64,000 bases of DNA. Source: a virus. Lineage: Duplodnaviria; Caudoviricetes. The notes below the pieces were generated by a model that had not been told where the DNA came from, made no database searches, and saw nothing but the letters and a program-made list of their open reading frames with translations. Position numbers and translations under genes: made by a program. Shown one piece after another: positions 46,554 to 55,493 of the stretch (position 1 is its first letter; the number at the start of each line of letters is the position of its first letter). The DNA is taken from positions 1,742-65,741 of the IMG/VR virus record IMGVR_UViG_3300050120_000065; one strand, given 5' to 3'.

Positions 46554-46784
46554 ATGGACCTTATCCCCGGCCGAAATGAGGCGCTTTGTCGCGTCTATAC
46601 GATGCGCTCGCTACGCGACGAGGGCGCTAGCATTGAGATGATTGCTCGATTCTTCGGGCACCAGCCGCACGATGTGGAGATGCTGATCGAATGGCACATG
46701 CGTCTATATCCGGTCATGCCAATCAGGGATGAGGTAGGGATGCCGAATTTGTTGGACCATTTCAGGCTGAAGCGGCCCCCGTAG
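46554..46784 (+). CDS. antisense moron, HTH-like, possibly leaderless
   Basis: TAAAAT at 46542-47, 6 nt before ATG; LRDEGASIEMIARFFG. Confidence 0.5.
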   Translation: MDLIPGRNEALCRVYTMRSLRDEGASIEMIARFFGHQPHDVEMLIEWHMRLYPVMPIRDEVGMPNLLDHFRLKRPP

Positions 46785-46786
46785 CG

Positions 46787-47590
46787 TCAATCCTCAATGC
46801 CAGGTATTACGGATCGCGATACGCATCGGCACCGCGGCTTTTGACCGGGCCAGATGTACTCGCCATCGATCAACATACCTTTCTTGATCTTGTAGCGCTT
46901 CCCGTCAGCCTCTTGATGAGATTTTCGAGGATGCTTACCACCGTGGCTGTGTAGCCAAACCGCCTCGTCCAGCCCCAACGCTTCCTGCCGCACGCGCGTG
47001 ATATTCGCCGTGGCCTTCTGATTTTGGTCAAATGCGATGAACGCAGCGCGCCGCTTTGTGATTCCGTAACGCTCGACGAGTTGTTCCGATAGATAGCCCA
47101 GATCTCGCCCTGACTGCACCGAGCGCATGACCAAGCCCTGCACTTCGGTCAAATGCTCCTGGCCGATCGATCGAATTAGCCCGACGTTTTCGGCTGTAGT
47201 GGCTTGCAACACGTCATTGACGATCGGCGTTACCTTGAACTCGACCGTGAAGCCGGCCTTCTTCAGCGCGGCCTTCAACGCAAAATCCGACCGATCCTTG
47301 GCGTGCGTCGCGAAGTATTTGGCCAGATCGGGCGCAGCATCGTTGAATCGTTTCTGCCAGCGTCGCGATAGCTTACTCATGGCGGCGTTCAGCGTCGCCG
47401 CTGGGCTAGCGTCCTGCGCGATCTCTGGCTCATTCGCCCGGTACGATGCTTTCAGCCAATACAGCAGGCTCGCGTGCATCTCATCGATCAACGCATCCAG
47501 CTTGCGACGGTAAGCCGCTTGCAACCCCTGATTCGGATGAACCGGCGCGAGCGTGATCGACTTTTTAGTTGGCGCTCGCAGCGGTTGCAT
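46787..47590 (-). CDS. head morphogenesis protein (MuF/SPP1 gp7 family)
   Basis: RA.FIA.DQ..K, W.HS, R..H...DGK, PG....CRC. Confidence 0.9.
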   Translation of the reverse strand: MQPLRAPTKKSITLAPVHPNQGLQAAYRRKLDALIDEMHASLLYWLKASYRANEPEIAQDASPAATLNAAMSKLSRRWQKRFNDAAPDLAKYFATHAKDRSDFALKAALKKAGFTVEFKVTPIVNDVLQATTAENVGLIRSIGQEHLTEVQGLVMRSVQSGRDLGYLSEQLVERYGITKRRAAFIAFDQNQKATANITRVRQEALGLDEAVWLHSHGGKHPRKSHQEADGKRYKIKKGMLIDGEYIWPGQKPRCRCVSRSVIPGIED

Positions 47591-49169
47591 TTACTGGCTC
47601 CGGCTGCGTTTCGTGTGCTTCTAGACCTTCCTCGTTTGGTCCGGGCTCACCCCCGCGCGTCACCGGCTCGGGCAAGTCCACATCCAAGTCGAGCGAGGCA
47701 TACGGAGAATCTTCCTCGTTGGCGATGCGCTTGCGCACCTCTTCGGGGAACAGCACGCCGCTTTCGATATTGATCTGATCGGTTTCCGTCTGAGCCTTGC
47801 GGGCCACGGCCTTCTGCTCTTCCGTCACGACCTTCAGCGGATTCCACACGAAGCCGATCTCGGGGTCGATCTCGCCGAATAACGAGAGCTGCACCAAATT
47901 GAGAATCTTCGATAGGTGCGGCGTGAAAATCTCTTGGTTGGCCGAGAACGTGTCCTGGCAAACCTCGATTTCATCCTTGCTCGACGCATTCAGGCCGGCG
48001 GGCGTAATTCCGGTGAGATACACCAGCGGCAGCCCAGCGGGCGCGCACTGCTGCTCCTGGGACTGCGCCTGCAACTTATCTAGGCTACCCAGCGGCGCGG
48101 AGACGTTATCGAACTCTTCCGTTTCCTTGTTGATCGCATTCACGCCGTGGTTGTCGCGACCCAAGTTGAATATCTGCATGCGCCGAAAGAAGCTCTCGGC
48201 ACCACCGGCATTCATGATGTTGCTCATGTCCGTCTTGAGCGTCCACACCGTGAAAGCGTGGATCAGGTCCGACACCGACTGCCGCGTGCGCAACCAGTTG
48301 TCGACGTACGGCTTCATCATCTGCGACAGCGACAGGCCGGCGAACGCATACGCCGGCTTGAGGATGTCAGGCACCTCGCGCGAAACGAGCGTCAGCAGGC
48401 GACTGGAGTGAACCTCCTTGCCCATGACGAACCACGTAATCGGCTTGTAAAACGTCGGGTCGAGCGGGTCGTTCGCGTTGTACCGGTTCGGGTAGCTCCA
48501 ATTCGCCTCGACCGTGGTCAACCGCTTTATTGCGCCGATGCCGACCTTCGCCGACGATTCAGCCAACTCGGTTTTCAGTTCGTCAGGATTAAGCTGAGCG
48601 GACTCAATGCCGGTATCGATGAATATCTGGCCGCGCCCGAACCGGCCGTCGTGCTCAATCGCCTTGCGGAATACAGCCTGGACGTTCAGCCGTTTAAACT
48701 CGGCTTCGATCTTCTTAAGCTTGTCCGTCTTGTCTTCGTCGCCGGTCGCCTGCAGCTTGATCCATTTACGCGTCATCTCGCGTGCGTAGATCTCAGCCGG
48801 GCGGCGGAACTCAGGAACCTGCGACCATTCAGCCAACACCGAGAAGCCCGGGAATGCATAGCCCTCGGTGAATGCGGCATTGACGTTGCCGAGCAACACC
48901 ATATTGGCCGCCGCGCCAGCATCGAACCCGGCATCCATCGCAAGCTTCGCGCCCTTGACAGATGAAGGCAGCACGCCTTTCATCGGCTCATACGGCGCGA
49001 ACATCGCTGCTCGTCGAGCGAATTCCGCATCCGGGTCGCGCGTAGGCTTGTGGCGCATGGCCAGCAAGGCTTCAATCGACACGTCCATACCCGGCGCTTT
49101 CTTTGGCTCTGCCGGCGTCGCGACTCGGCGCGCTGCCAGTTGGGCCAATTTGCGTTGCTTGCGGGTCAT
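47565..49169 (-). CDS. portal protein (DUF1073-like)
   Basis: EMTRKW, FYKP..W, VH.SR, G.S..Q, L.G.TP.GLNAS; follows TerL. Confidence 0.9.
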   Translation of the reverse strand: MTRKQRKLAQLAARRVATPAEPKKAPGMDVSIEALLAMRHKPTRDPDAEFARRAAMFAPYEPMKGVLPSSVKGAKLAMDAGFDAGAAANMVLLGNVNAAFTEGYAFPGFSVLAEWSQVPEFRRPAEIYAREMTRKWIKLQATGDEDKTDKLKKIEAEFKRLNVQAVFRKAIEHDGRFGRGQIFIDTGIESAQLNPDELKTELAESSAKVGIGAIKRLTTVEANWSYPNRYNANDPLDPTFYKPITWFVMGKEVHSSRLLTLVSREVPDILKPAYAFAGLSLSQMMKPYVDNWLRTRQSVSDLIHAFTVWTLKTDMSNIMNAGGAESFFRRMQIFNLGRDNHGVNAINKETEEFDNVSAPLGSLDKLQAQSQEQQCAPAGLPLVYLTGITPAGLNASSKDEIEVCQDTFSANQEIFTPHLSKILNLVQLSLFGEIDPEIGFVWNPLKVVTEEQKAVARKAQTETDQINIESGVLFPEEVRKRIANEEDSPYASLDLDVDLPEPVTRGGEPGPNEEGLEAHETQPEPVNATAASAN

Positions 49170-50578
49170 TAGCGTGTGCTGCCCATGCGGGAGAATTGTT
49201 TTATGGTGTCGGCGTCGATCGTCATCGGCGTTATGCCTGGCGCGAAGCACATGACAAATGCGTCTGCCAAGTTCGGACTGACGATTTCACGCTTGGCCAA
49301 ATCCTTCTTGGATTCAACCTTGACTTTGCCGTTATTGTCGTAATCACGCTTCGGCGTCGACAGCTCGTCGATGATTTGCTCGAGGTGCGGCGTCGCGCTG
49401 TCGATGCTGATCAACTCATCTTCATCGAACTGCTCGCCCTTGCGCACTGCGTTGTACGTGTTTCTGAATCGGTCCGCCGTCAACCACCATGCCTGAGCCT
49501 TCAGGTTCAGGAACATGTCCTTGTTCTTGGTCTTCGGCTGGTACTCAGCTTCGGGTCGAAAAACGCCCGCGCCGGCATTGAATTTCTGGTAATCAATACG
49601 GCCGTCGATGATGGTCGAGTTAAGTTCGCCAAACTTGGCGCCGGCCGTAGCACCCACACCGATTGAATCGTATGTGACGGCAGCTTGCCGCTGCTGCGCA
49701 TCCTTCCAGACGCGCGTGCAGGACTTGAGTAACTCATCCTCGCCCGCCTTCCAGAGGTCGGCCCATGAGACTACAGACCCGTGCGCGTAGATCTCGGCGC
49801 ACTTGTCGGCTCCGCCATCGGCAATGTCGAATCCGATTCGCTTGCGACCGGACGCCTCAAAGCCGAGCACCTTATGCGCATCCACCGCAGCCATGATCCA
49901 TGACCGCTTGATGATCGCGCCTTCGTCGTCGTCTTTCGGCTCGCCAAGGTAGATATGGCGGTATTCGTCCTCGTCCTCAGCTTTGGCGGCCACGATGATC
50001 TTGCGCATCGTCTCCGACAGGAACGGGTTCTCGTCGTAGTTGATCAGGCGCTTGATCGTATCCGGCGGTGGATTCGTAACGAACCGCTTATAAGCGAAGT
50101 CCGTCGCAAGTCGAGGATTGAACACGATCCAAACCTGCGATCCCTGCTTGCGGATCGTCGCTTCCAGCACCTTCCACTGTTCGGCAGAGAGGTTATGCCC
50201 CTCTTCGATCCATAGGATGTCGATGCCTTCTAGCGACTTGATTTCATCGATCGAACGCCACAAGCCGTAGAACATGAACTCCGTTCCGGTCTCCCGGCCG
50301 ATGATCTTGTTCTCCAGTATGCGGAACTGGTCGAGCAGCCCAAACCTTTCTATCTGATGCTTCAGCAGCGTATAGACCGATTCCTCGATCTTGTTCTGAA
50401 ACTGGCGCACGCAGAGGATGCGCAGCTTGTAATTACTGGCGAGGAAGGTCGCGAACCCGGCTGCATCCCAAGACTTCGAAGATGACCGGCCGCCGTACAG
50501 AACCCGGTTGCGCGCTGGAGCGGCCCAAAAGTCCTTAAGCGCTGGGTTCAGCGTCGGCCGTTGTGCTAACTGCTCCAT
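49169..50578 (-). CDS. terL: terminase large subunit (PBSX-like)
   Basis: YGGRSSSKS, WIEEG, GFDIADGG.D, SPNLADA. Confidence 0.95.
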   Translation of the reverse strand: MEQLAQRPTLNPALKDFWAAPARNRVLYGGRSSSKSWDAAGFATFLASNYKLRILCVRQFQNKIEESVYTLLKHQIERFGLLDQFRILENKIIGRETGTEFMFYGLWRSIDEIKSLEGIDILWIEEGHNLSAEQWKVLEATIRKQGSQVWIVFNPRLATDFAYKRFVTNPPPDTIKRLINYDENPFLSETMRKIIVAAKAEDEDEYRHIYLGEPKDDDEGAIIKRSWIMAAVDAHKVLGFEASGRKRIGFDIADGGADKCAEIYAHGSVVSWADLWKAGEDELLKSCTRVWKDAQQRQAAVTYDSIGVGATAGAKFGELNSTIIDGRIDYQKFNAGAGVFRPEAEYQPKTKNKDMFLNLKAQAWWLTADRFRNTYNAVRKGEQFDEDELISIDSATPHLEQIIDELSTPKRDYDNNGKVKVESKKDLAKREIVSPNLADAFVMCFAPGITPMTIDADTIKQFSRMGSTR

Positions 50579-51143
50579 AGAAGTGCTCTAGGCCCGCAGG
50601 CACTTGATTCTTACGCTTATTGGCGTCGTCAACGGCATCCTTGTTGGCCCGAAGCAAATTCACGCCGATCTCACTCGACTCGTTGGCCATGCGCGTGAGC
50701 ACTGCGATGCCCTTGAGCGTCTCGACGCTTTCCTGATCCAGGGGCTTCGTATCGTCAATCTTCGAGATGTTGCTGTGCGCGATGCCTGACAACCGGTGCG
50801 CCGTGGCTGCGCCGTACTCTGCAGCCGAGGCGAGATGCTCACTGATATTGGACAGTTTGCGCGCCAGGTCGGAAACGATCTGCTGCCGAGCGATCGGTAA
50901 TTCGGCAATTTGTTCGGCAATATGCTTGACAGTCTTATCCGCCGCGACTTTCTCTTGAGCCAGCGCCTGTAAGGATTTCGCACCCTTCGGCAATTCGGCT
51001 TTATTCGGCTTTATTTTTCGCCGAATGGATGACTCGTTGACGCCGAACTCTGCTGCGAGCGCATTGATTGATTCGCCGCCGATCATGTGGCGCCGCTCAA
51101 TCTCAACCCACTGTTCGTCAGTTAAGAGTGATTTGCGCCCCAC
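50535..51143 (-). CDS. terS: terminase small subunit
   Basis: MGRKSLLT..QW N-terminal HTH; upstream of TerL. Confidence 0.75.
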   Translation of the reverse strand: MGRKSLLTDEQWVEIERRHMIGGESINALAAEFGVNESSIRRKIKPNKAELPKGAKSLQALAQEKVAADKTVKHIAEQIAELPIARQQIVSDLARKLSNISEHLASAAEYGAATAHRLSGIAHSNISKIDDTKPLDQESVETLKGIAVLTRMANESSEIGVNLLRANKDAVDDANKRKNQVPAGLEHFYGAVSTTADAEPSA

Positions 51144-51234
51144 GATGCTTACCTATAGGCGAGAATAAAAATCCCACACCATTACTGATGCGGGCGAATC
51201 CGTCGATTTGCATCTGGCGGAAGGAGATTGATGC

Positions 51235-51310
51235 TGGCCTCAGGGGAAGGACTTGAACCTACAACGCCCTGCTCTTCGGGCAGGCGCTCTACCAATTGAG
51301 CTACCCTGAG
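51235..51310 (-). tRNA. tRNA-Phe(GAA)-like, non-canonical (C33, G37, G73, C1-G72)
   Basis: 76-nt cloverleaf CTCAGGG..GCTC/GAGC..CCTGC-CCGAAGA-GCAGG..TTCAAGT..CCCTGAG-G-CCA. Confidence 0.8.
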
Positions 51311-51314
51311 AAAC

Positions 51315-51404
51315 TGGCGGAAAGCAAAGGGATCGAACCTTTGCGGCGCGTGAGCACCGGCTACGGCTTAGCAAGCCGACCCATTACCACTCTGGCAGCC
51401 TTCC
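51315..51404 (-). tRNA. tRNA-Ser(GCT)
   Basis: 90 nt, long variable arm, TT-GCT-AA loop, G73-CCA. Confidence 0.9.
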
Positions 51405-51409
51405 ATGTT

Positions 51410-51495
51410 TGGCGGAAGATGAAGGAATCGAACCATCAACCATCCCTGATTGCCACGGTTTTCAAGACCGCTTTGCGCCCTGCGCGGCATCTTCC
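51410..51495 (-). tRNA. tRNA-Ser(TGA), probable 8/4 fold
   Basis: GGAAGATG/CATCTTCC 8-bp acceptor, CT-TGA-AA loop, long variable arm, G73-CCA. Confidence 0.8.
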
Positions 51496-51621
51496 ATTCA
51501 ATAGGTTGAAAGCGCCACCACGCAGACAAGCCGTTCGCTGTGCGCGTTTGAACCGGGCGGTCACTCTTCGTTGCGGCTACGCTTTCAAGTAAGCTGCCTG
51601 GGCTTGTTCCGCGTAGCGGGC

Positions 51622-51780
51622 CTACGCGCTGCAGCTTGCTTCAAGGCGCTCGCGCGCGGTGATTTCTTCTATGATTCGACGCTCGCCATCCGCGTCATAC
51701 TCAAACGGCAATACGCTTGGATAGCTCTTCCATCCGTCGATCGACTCATCCTCATCGACGAATTTCAGGCGTGCGCTCAT
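51622..51780 (-). CDS. small acidic protein
   Basis: coupled to upstream ORF. Confidence 0.45.
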   Translation of the reverse strand: MSARLKFVDEDESIDGWKSYPSVLPFEYDADGERRIIEEITARERLEASCSA

Positions 51781-51968
51781 GTCAAAAGCTCGTCCGCGCT
51801 CTCGATTTCCGCCAGGCATTCGGCGCACATCAAGCGCCAGCGCTGCGTTTTCTTGGTCTTGACGACGTGGAAATGGGTCGAATTGCAGGTTGTGCAGGTC
51901 GAGACGATCAGCGTTTCCGCGCCGGTTGCGTCGCTCAAGCGGTCGAAGTCGAGCGCGTTATGCGACAT
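51777..51968 (-). CDS. small Zn-ribbon protein
   Basis: CTTC...CAEC. Confidence 0.5.
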   Translation of the reverse strand: MSHNALDFDRLSDATGAETLIVSTCTTCNSTHFHVVKTKKTQRWRLMCAECLAEIESADELLT

Positions 51969-52020
51969 CGGGTGAACGTCGCAGGCGAGTGGCATATGAC
52001 CTTGCGGGACGGTAAACGAC

Positions 52021-52046
52021 AAAACCGCCGGGGAGGCGGTTATTTT
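52021..52046 (-). terminator. tR'-like terminator
   Basis: AACCGCC stem plus U-tract, about 110-135 nt downstream of the promoter. Confidence 0.65.
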
Positions 52047-52161
52047 AGGGCGCAGAAGGCTTACGCGGCGGGAAGTAAGGGCCTAAAATCAGGCATCTCT
52101 CTGGCGCGGCATGTATCCCGCGAACGTATTCCGTAGAAGGATTTCAAGAGATTCGAGTGAC

Positions 52162-52190
52162 AATATAGTGGAATCCGAATTTGTTTACAA
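52162..52190 (-). promoter_or_regulatory. pR'-like late promoter
   Basis: TTGTAA-17-TATATT downstream of the Q-like gene. Confidence 0.7.
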
Positions 52191-52202
52191 CTAGTATTTC
52201 AA

Positions 52203-52703
52203 CTATTTTTCTCGCCAATCCATATTTAGGAATTGCGCACGACGCCAGGCTTCAAAGAACGGCTCTCCCACCAGATCCGCGAGGAATGGGTTCTGAGTTG
52301 CGTATTCGTGCGGTGCGTGCCCGTACCGTGCGATCAGCGTAGGCGGAAGCGGGTCTTGAAAGCCGAGATACAGATCATATGTGCCGAAGAAACCAAGTGG
52401 CATGACACTGCCCTCTTGGCCCGAATAACGGCGCCCCGGATAGAAGTCCGTAACCCATTGGAGCTCGACGCGAGACGCAGCTCTACCACGGCTTGTGGTG
52501 TAAATCTTCCCACCGACCACGGCCATTCCATCGTACGGCAGCAGGAAATCATTGCGCTCCCGGGAAAAACAGAATTCCTCATCGACGGTATATTGCAGGC
52601 TCCTTAACCCCTGCTCGGTCAGCGGAACGCCTAGGTTTTTTTCGAGTGCGCCACGCATCTCTAGCGCAAATTCTTTGAACTGTAGAGGGTCCATGCGACG
52701 CAT
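52203..52703 (-). CDS. moron of unknown function
   Basis: own TATAAT at 52748-43; start uncertain. Confidence 0.6.
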   Translation of the reverse strand: MRRMDPLQFKEFALEMRGALEKNLGVPLTEQGLRSLQYTVDEEFCFSRERNDFLLPYDGMAVVGGKIYTTSRGRAASRVELQWVTDFYPGRRYSGQEGSVMPLGFFGTYDLYLGFQDPLPPTLIARYGHAPHEYATQNPFLADLVGEPFFEAWRRAQFLNMDWREK

Positions 52704-52757
52704 AGGGCTTGGGATCACTTCAACGATGGTGGAATAGGCTACATTATAGAGGCCCAT

Positions 52758-53285
52758 TTAAATTCCCTCCCGGTCGTCGCGCAACAAATCTCGAATCTTG
52801 CCACCCGTCGCCGCGGTCGATCCTGCCAAGCAAATCAACACCTCTTCAAAATTCCGGTTATGGCCGGCATTCCAGGCCGGGAGAGCGCAGTACCGAGCGC
52901 GGTCCATGTCGGTATGGCGCTTAAGCCCGGTGCCCTCGCATTTGTGGCAAGTGACGCCGCGCACGCCGTTGCTCCCGGTAATCGAGCCGACCCCGTGGCA
53001 CGTGCCGCATGCGTCTAGGAGCCATTCCTGAATGGCGCCCTTGGCCATGGCGATCACATAGTCCAGATCCTTGCCGCGTAGCCGGTCTTTCGCCTTGTGC
53101 ACCAAAAGGTAGAGCGCCCGTTTCGCCGCCGCACGGTCGTTTAAGTACTTCAGCCGCCAGAGCGCCGAGCCCAGTGGATCAGACAGCCCCAGCGCCGTGA
53201 GCCGGTCGATCGCCTTCTCAAAGTCCGCGTCCCACTTGAGGGAGTTCGATTGAAGCGCCGCTATCACCTTCTCTTTAACGCCCAT
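52758..53285 (-). CDS. late antiterminator, Q-like with DnaJ-type Zn finger
   Basis: EWL...CGTCHGVG...CHKCEGTG; last nin-region gene before pR'. Confidence 0.7.
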   Translation of the reverse strand: MGVKEKVIAALQSNSLKWDADFEKAIDRLTALGLSDPLGSALWRLKYLNDRAAAKRALYLLVHKAKDRLRGKDLDYVIAMAKGAIQEWLLDACGTCHGVGSITGSNGVRGVTCHKCEGTGLKRHTDMDRARYCALPAWNAGHNRNFEEVLICLAGSTAATGGKIRDLLRDDREGI

Positions 53286-53538
53286 TGCCTGCCCCTTTGA
53301 GTTCGAATTTGTCACAGCGCCTACTTTTCCAGTCCTCGATATAGCTCTTGCTCTTGTCCAGCTTGCACTGCATGAAAACCAAATCCGCCATCCGCTGCTC
53401 GACGAACTGCTTGCACCCAACACATGTCTTCAATCTCGCGTTAAGCTCCTCCATCTGCCGGCGGCTGGCGACGTCTTCTGCTGGGGCGCAGCGTTCCCAT
53501 GACCTTTGGCCCCAGTCATCACGCTTGTTGAAGGTCAA
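53275..53538 (-). CDS. Cys-rich hypothetical protein
   Basis: TCVGC...C...RC; coupled. Confidence 0.6.
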   Translation of the reverse strand: MTFNKRDDWGQRSWERCAPAEDVASRRQMEELNARLKTCVGCKQFVEQRMADLVFMQCKLDKSKSYIEDWKSRRCDKFELKGAGNGR

Positions 53539-53834
53539 AGCGGCCTCCTCCGATACTTAAGCCGACGCAATCGGCGCATGCTGGCCGTCCTAGCAAACGG
53601 GAGGCGCTCGCGCTTGATGGCTCTGATCAGGCCGAATTTCTCCCAAAACTTATCAAGCCGCCTTGAATCGCGCTGCGAGATGCGCATGCTCATGACAAGC
53701 GGCTCCGGCTGCGCCCATGTGATTGGGTACTCGTGAGCCGGCATCCTGTCGGCGCTGTCGGCGCTGTCGGCAAATGTCCAATCACCTTCGTATTCAATGC
53801 CATCGATGGAAATGCGACCGCGGAGCGCATTCAT
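53535..53834 (-). CDS. hypothetical protein
   Basis: coupled ORF. Confidence 0.5.
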   Translation of the reverse strand: MNALRGRISIDGIEYEGDWTFADSADSADRMPAHEYPITWAQPEPLVMSMRISQRDSRRLDKFWEKFGLIRAIKRERLPFARTASMRRLRRLKYRRRPL

Positions 53835-53835
53835 C

Positions 53836-54021
53836 TCAACCCCCGCAATGCTGTTCATGCGTCGGCGCACCACACGCGAGACACTGCCGAACCTTGGTCG
53901 TGTCCGGATAGAACGCCGCACAAGCCTCATCGCCGCCAGTCGTCTGGAATCGCGGGCTGCTGCGATTCAGGCAATCGTCATTGAAGCTGTCGAAGTATTC
54001 GCAGTCGCCGCAGGTTTTCAT
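53836..54021 (-). CDS. small Cys-rich protein
   Basis: CGDC..C..C..CLAC. Confidence 0.55.
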   Translation of the reverse strand: MKTCGDCEYFDSFNDDCLNRSSPRFQTTGGDEACAAFYPDTTKVRQCLACGAPTHEQHCGG

Positions 54022-54236
54022 GCTTTCTCCTCGCCCATGATCCGACTAATCGCACGCGTCGCTTGAGCAGCCGCGCGCTCACGCAGCTTTCGAGCGGCTA
54101 TCCGGTACGCGCCGGGGATGGCGCTGTCGACCTCTTGCTGGGTTTTTCCCTTGTAGCAGGCGAAATGCCATGTCTCGATGCTTCCGCAAAGGCATGGAGT
54201 CTGCCCCGCCAGGCGGTCTATTTCGTGGCGCTTCAT
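54018..54236 (-). CDS. hypothetical protein
   Basis: coupled; PCLCG..WH..C. Confidence 0.55.
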   Translation of the reverse strand: MKRHEIDRLAGQTPCLCGSIETWHFACYKGKTQQEVDSAIPGAYRIAARKLRERAAAQATRAISRIMGEEKA

Positions 54237-54772
54237 TTCGGATGCGCCTCCATAAATTCCGCCATGCTCGCAAAGGTCCGCCCCTCGCCGTAGTAGACGA
54301 CGATCTTCTCTGCGCCATCCATGAAAGCCTCTTCGACCACGCGTGCGTCGATCAGCCCTTCGAATCCGTTGCTGTGCCACGCGTTGCGGTAGATGCGCGT
54401 CATTAGCGGCGTTTGCAGCGCTCCTCGCATACGCGCATTGTCCATCTCCAGCCTCCGAATAGTTTCATCCCGTGCTGCAATGCCGTCGATTGAGTGCAGC
54501 CCAATTTCCAGGCGGTCGCGCAGTTTGCGGATTTCGGCGGTGAGTTCGAGGATTGCTGCGGGACATACAGACGCGGCGAACTCGGCCACGTCCTCAGCCG
54601 CAATCGGATCGGGCCAAGTGCCCAGGTTGTCGTGCGTGATGAAAACAGGAATGGGATGCATCACCTGCATGGCCGAGTCGCCGTCGTCGAACCAGACGAT
54701 GCTGTCGCTTGCAGTCCATTGGCCTGCGCCTGCGGCCTTCGCCAGCCGCTCGATTTCGTCGATGTCGATCAT
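54233..54772 (-). CDS. Ead/Ea22-like protein
   Basis: IDEIERLAKAA..G.W, AEF.A...P..ILEL..EI. Confidence 0.75.
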   Translation of the reverse strand: MIDIDEIERLAKAAGAGQWTASDSIVWFDDGDSAMQVMHPIPVFITHDNLGTWPDPIAAEDVAEFAASVCPAAILELTAEIRKLRDRLEIGLHSIDGIAARDETIRRLEMDNARMRGALQTPLMTRIYRNAWHSNGFEGLIDARVVEEAFMDGAEKIVVYYGEGRTFASMAEFMEAHPK

Positions 54773-54934
54773 TCTCACCTCAGCTAAAAGCGACTAGCAA
54801 CATCAAAGGAACCCAGATGGGCGCGAACACTGCCCACCATGACCACGTTGCAACCTCTGTCACCCCGATCAATTTCAGCGCCAGGAACAAAACGAAAAGA
54901 GCGCCGCAGAACTTTTCGATAGTGGTGGCTTTGG

Positions 54935-55111
54935 TCATGCCACCACCCCAAAGAAGCCGCCCTCATAAAGCAGCCAGACGAGCACGGCGATATCGAAGGA
55001 TTTAAACCAGGCGCTATGCAGCCCGCGCGACTTGCCGTGCATCGCTAGTGAAATTCCGAACTCCATAGCGCACAGCGCGATGATGATGATTTGTGGCCAG
55101 TGGAATGTCAT
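54935..55111 (-). CDS. small 2-TM protein
   Basis: WPQII...HG...LL..GGFF. Confidence 0.6.
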   Translation of the reverse strand: MTFHWPQIIIIALCAMEFGISLAMHGKSRGLHSAWFKSFDIAVLVWLLYEGGFFGVVA

Positions 55112-55274
55112 GGCAATTCCTTCATCTGAGCCATGGCGGCCAAACCCGCGAAGAGCAAAGACAGCACGAGCATGACCATCGTGAAGGCCATATCGTTGCC
55201 ACGCATGGCATAGCCGACGCAGCCAGCCGCTATCGACGTCGCGAATGTGAGTGCTGCTTGAGTTGCGCTTCTGC

Positions 55275-55493
55275 TCATCGCGCCACCACGCTATAAAGCC
55301 ATGCGCCGGTCGCAACGGCGGCGATAATCACGAGAACAATCGCCATCGGCGCCCACAGCGGCGCAGTCACCCACCACCACGACCAAGACGCCACCACTGT
55401 GACGCCGAACAGCTTGAGCGCCAGGAAGAGAATGAAGACCAAACCGCACAAGCCAATTCCGCCCGATTGAGCGCTTTCGTTATTGCTAGACAT
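55275..55493 (-). CDS. small membrane protein
   Basis: GGIG..GL..ILF..LKL.G....WSWWWV.APLW. Confidence 0.75.
   Translation of the reverse strand: MSSNNESAQSGGIGLCGLVFILFLALKLFGVTVVASWSWWWVTAPLWAPMAIVLVIIAAVATGAWLYSVVAR

Noticed and set aside
47565-49169. Anti-CBASS Acb1 label often attached to DUF1073 proteins
   Set aside because: Position and motifs indicate a portal; no 2H-phosphoesterase (HxT/S pair) domain was seen.
51410-51495. selC (tRNA-Sec), because of the GGAAGAT start and long acceptor stem
   Set aside because: The anticodon is TGA (Ser), not TCA, and no sel genes are present.
51296-51592. 98-aa + strand ORF
   Set aside because: It is the antisense shadow of the tRNA genes.
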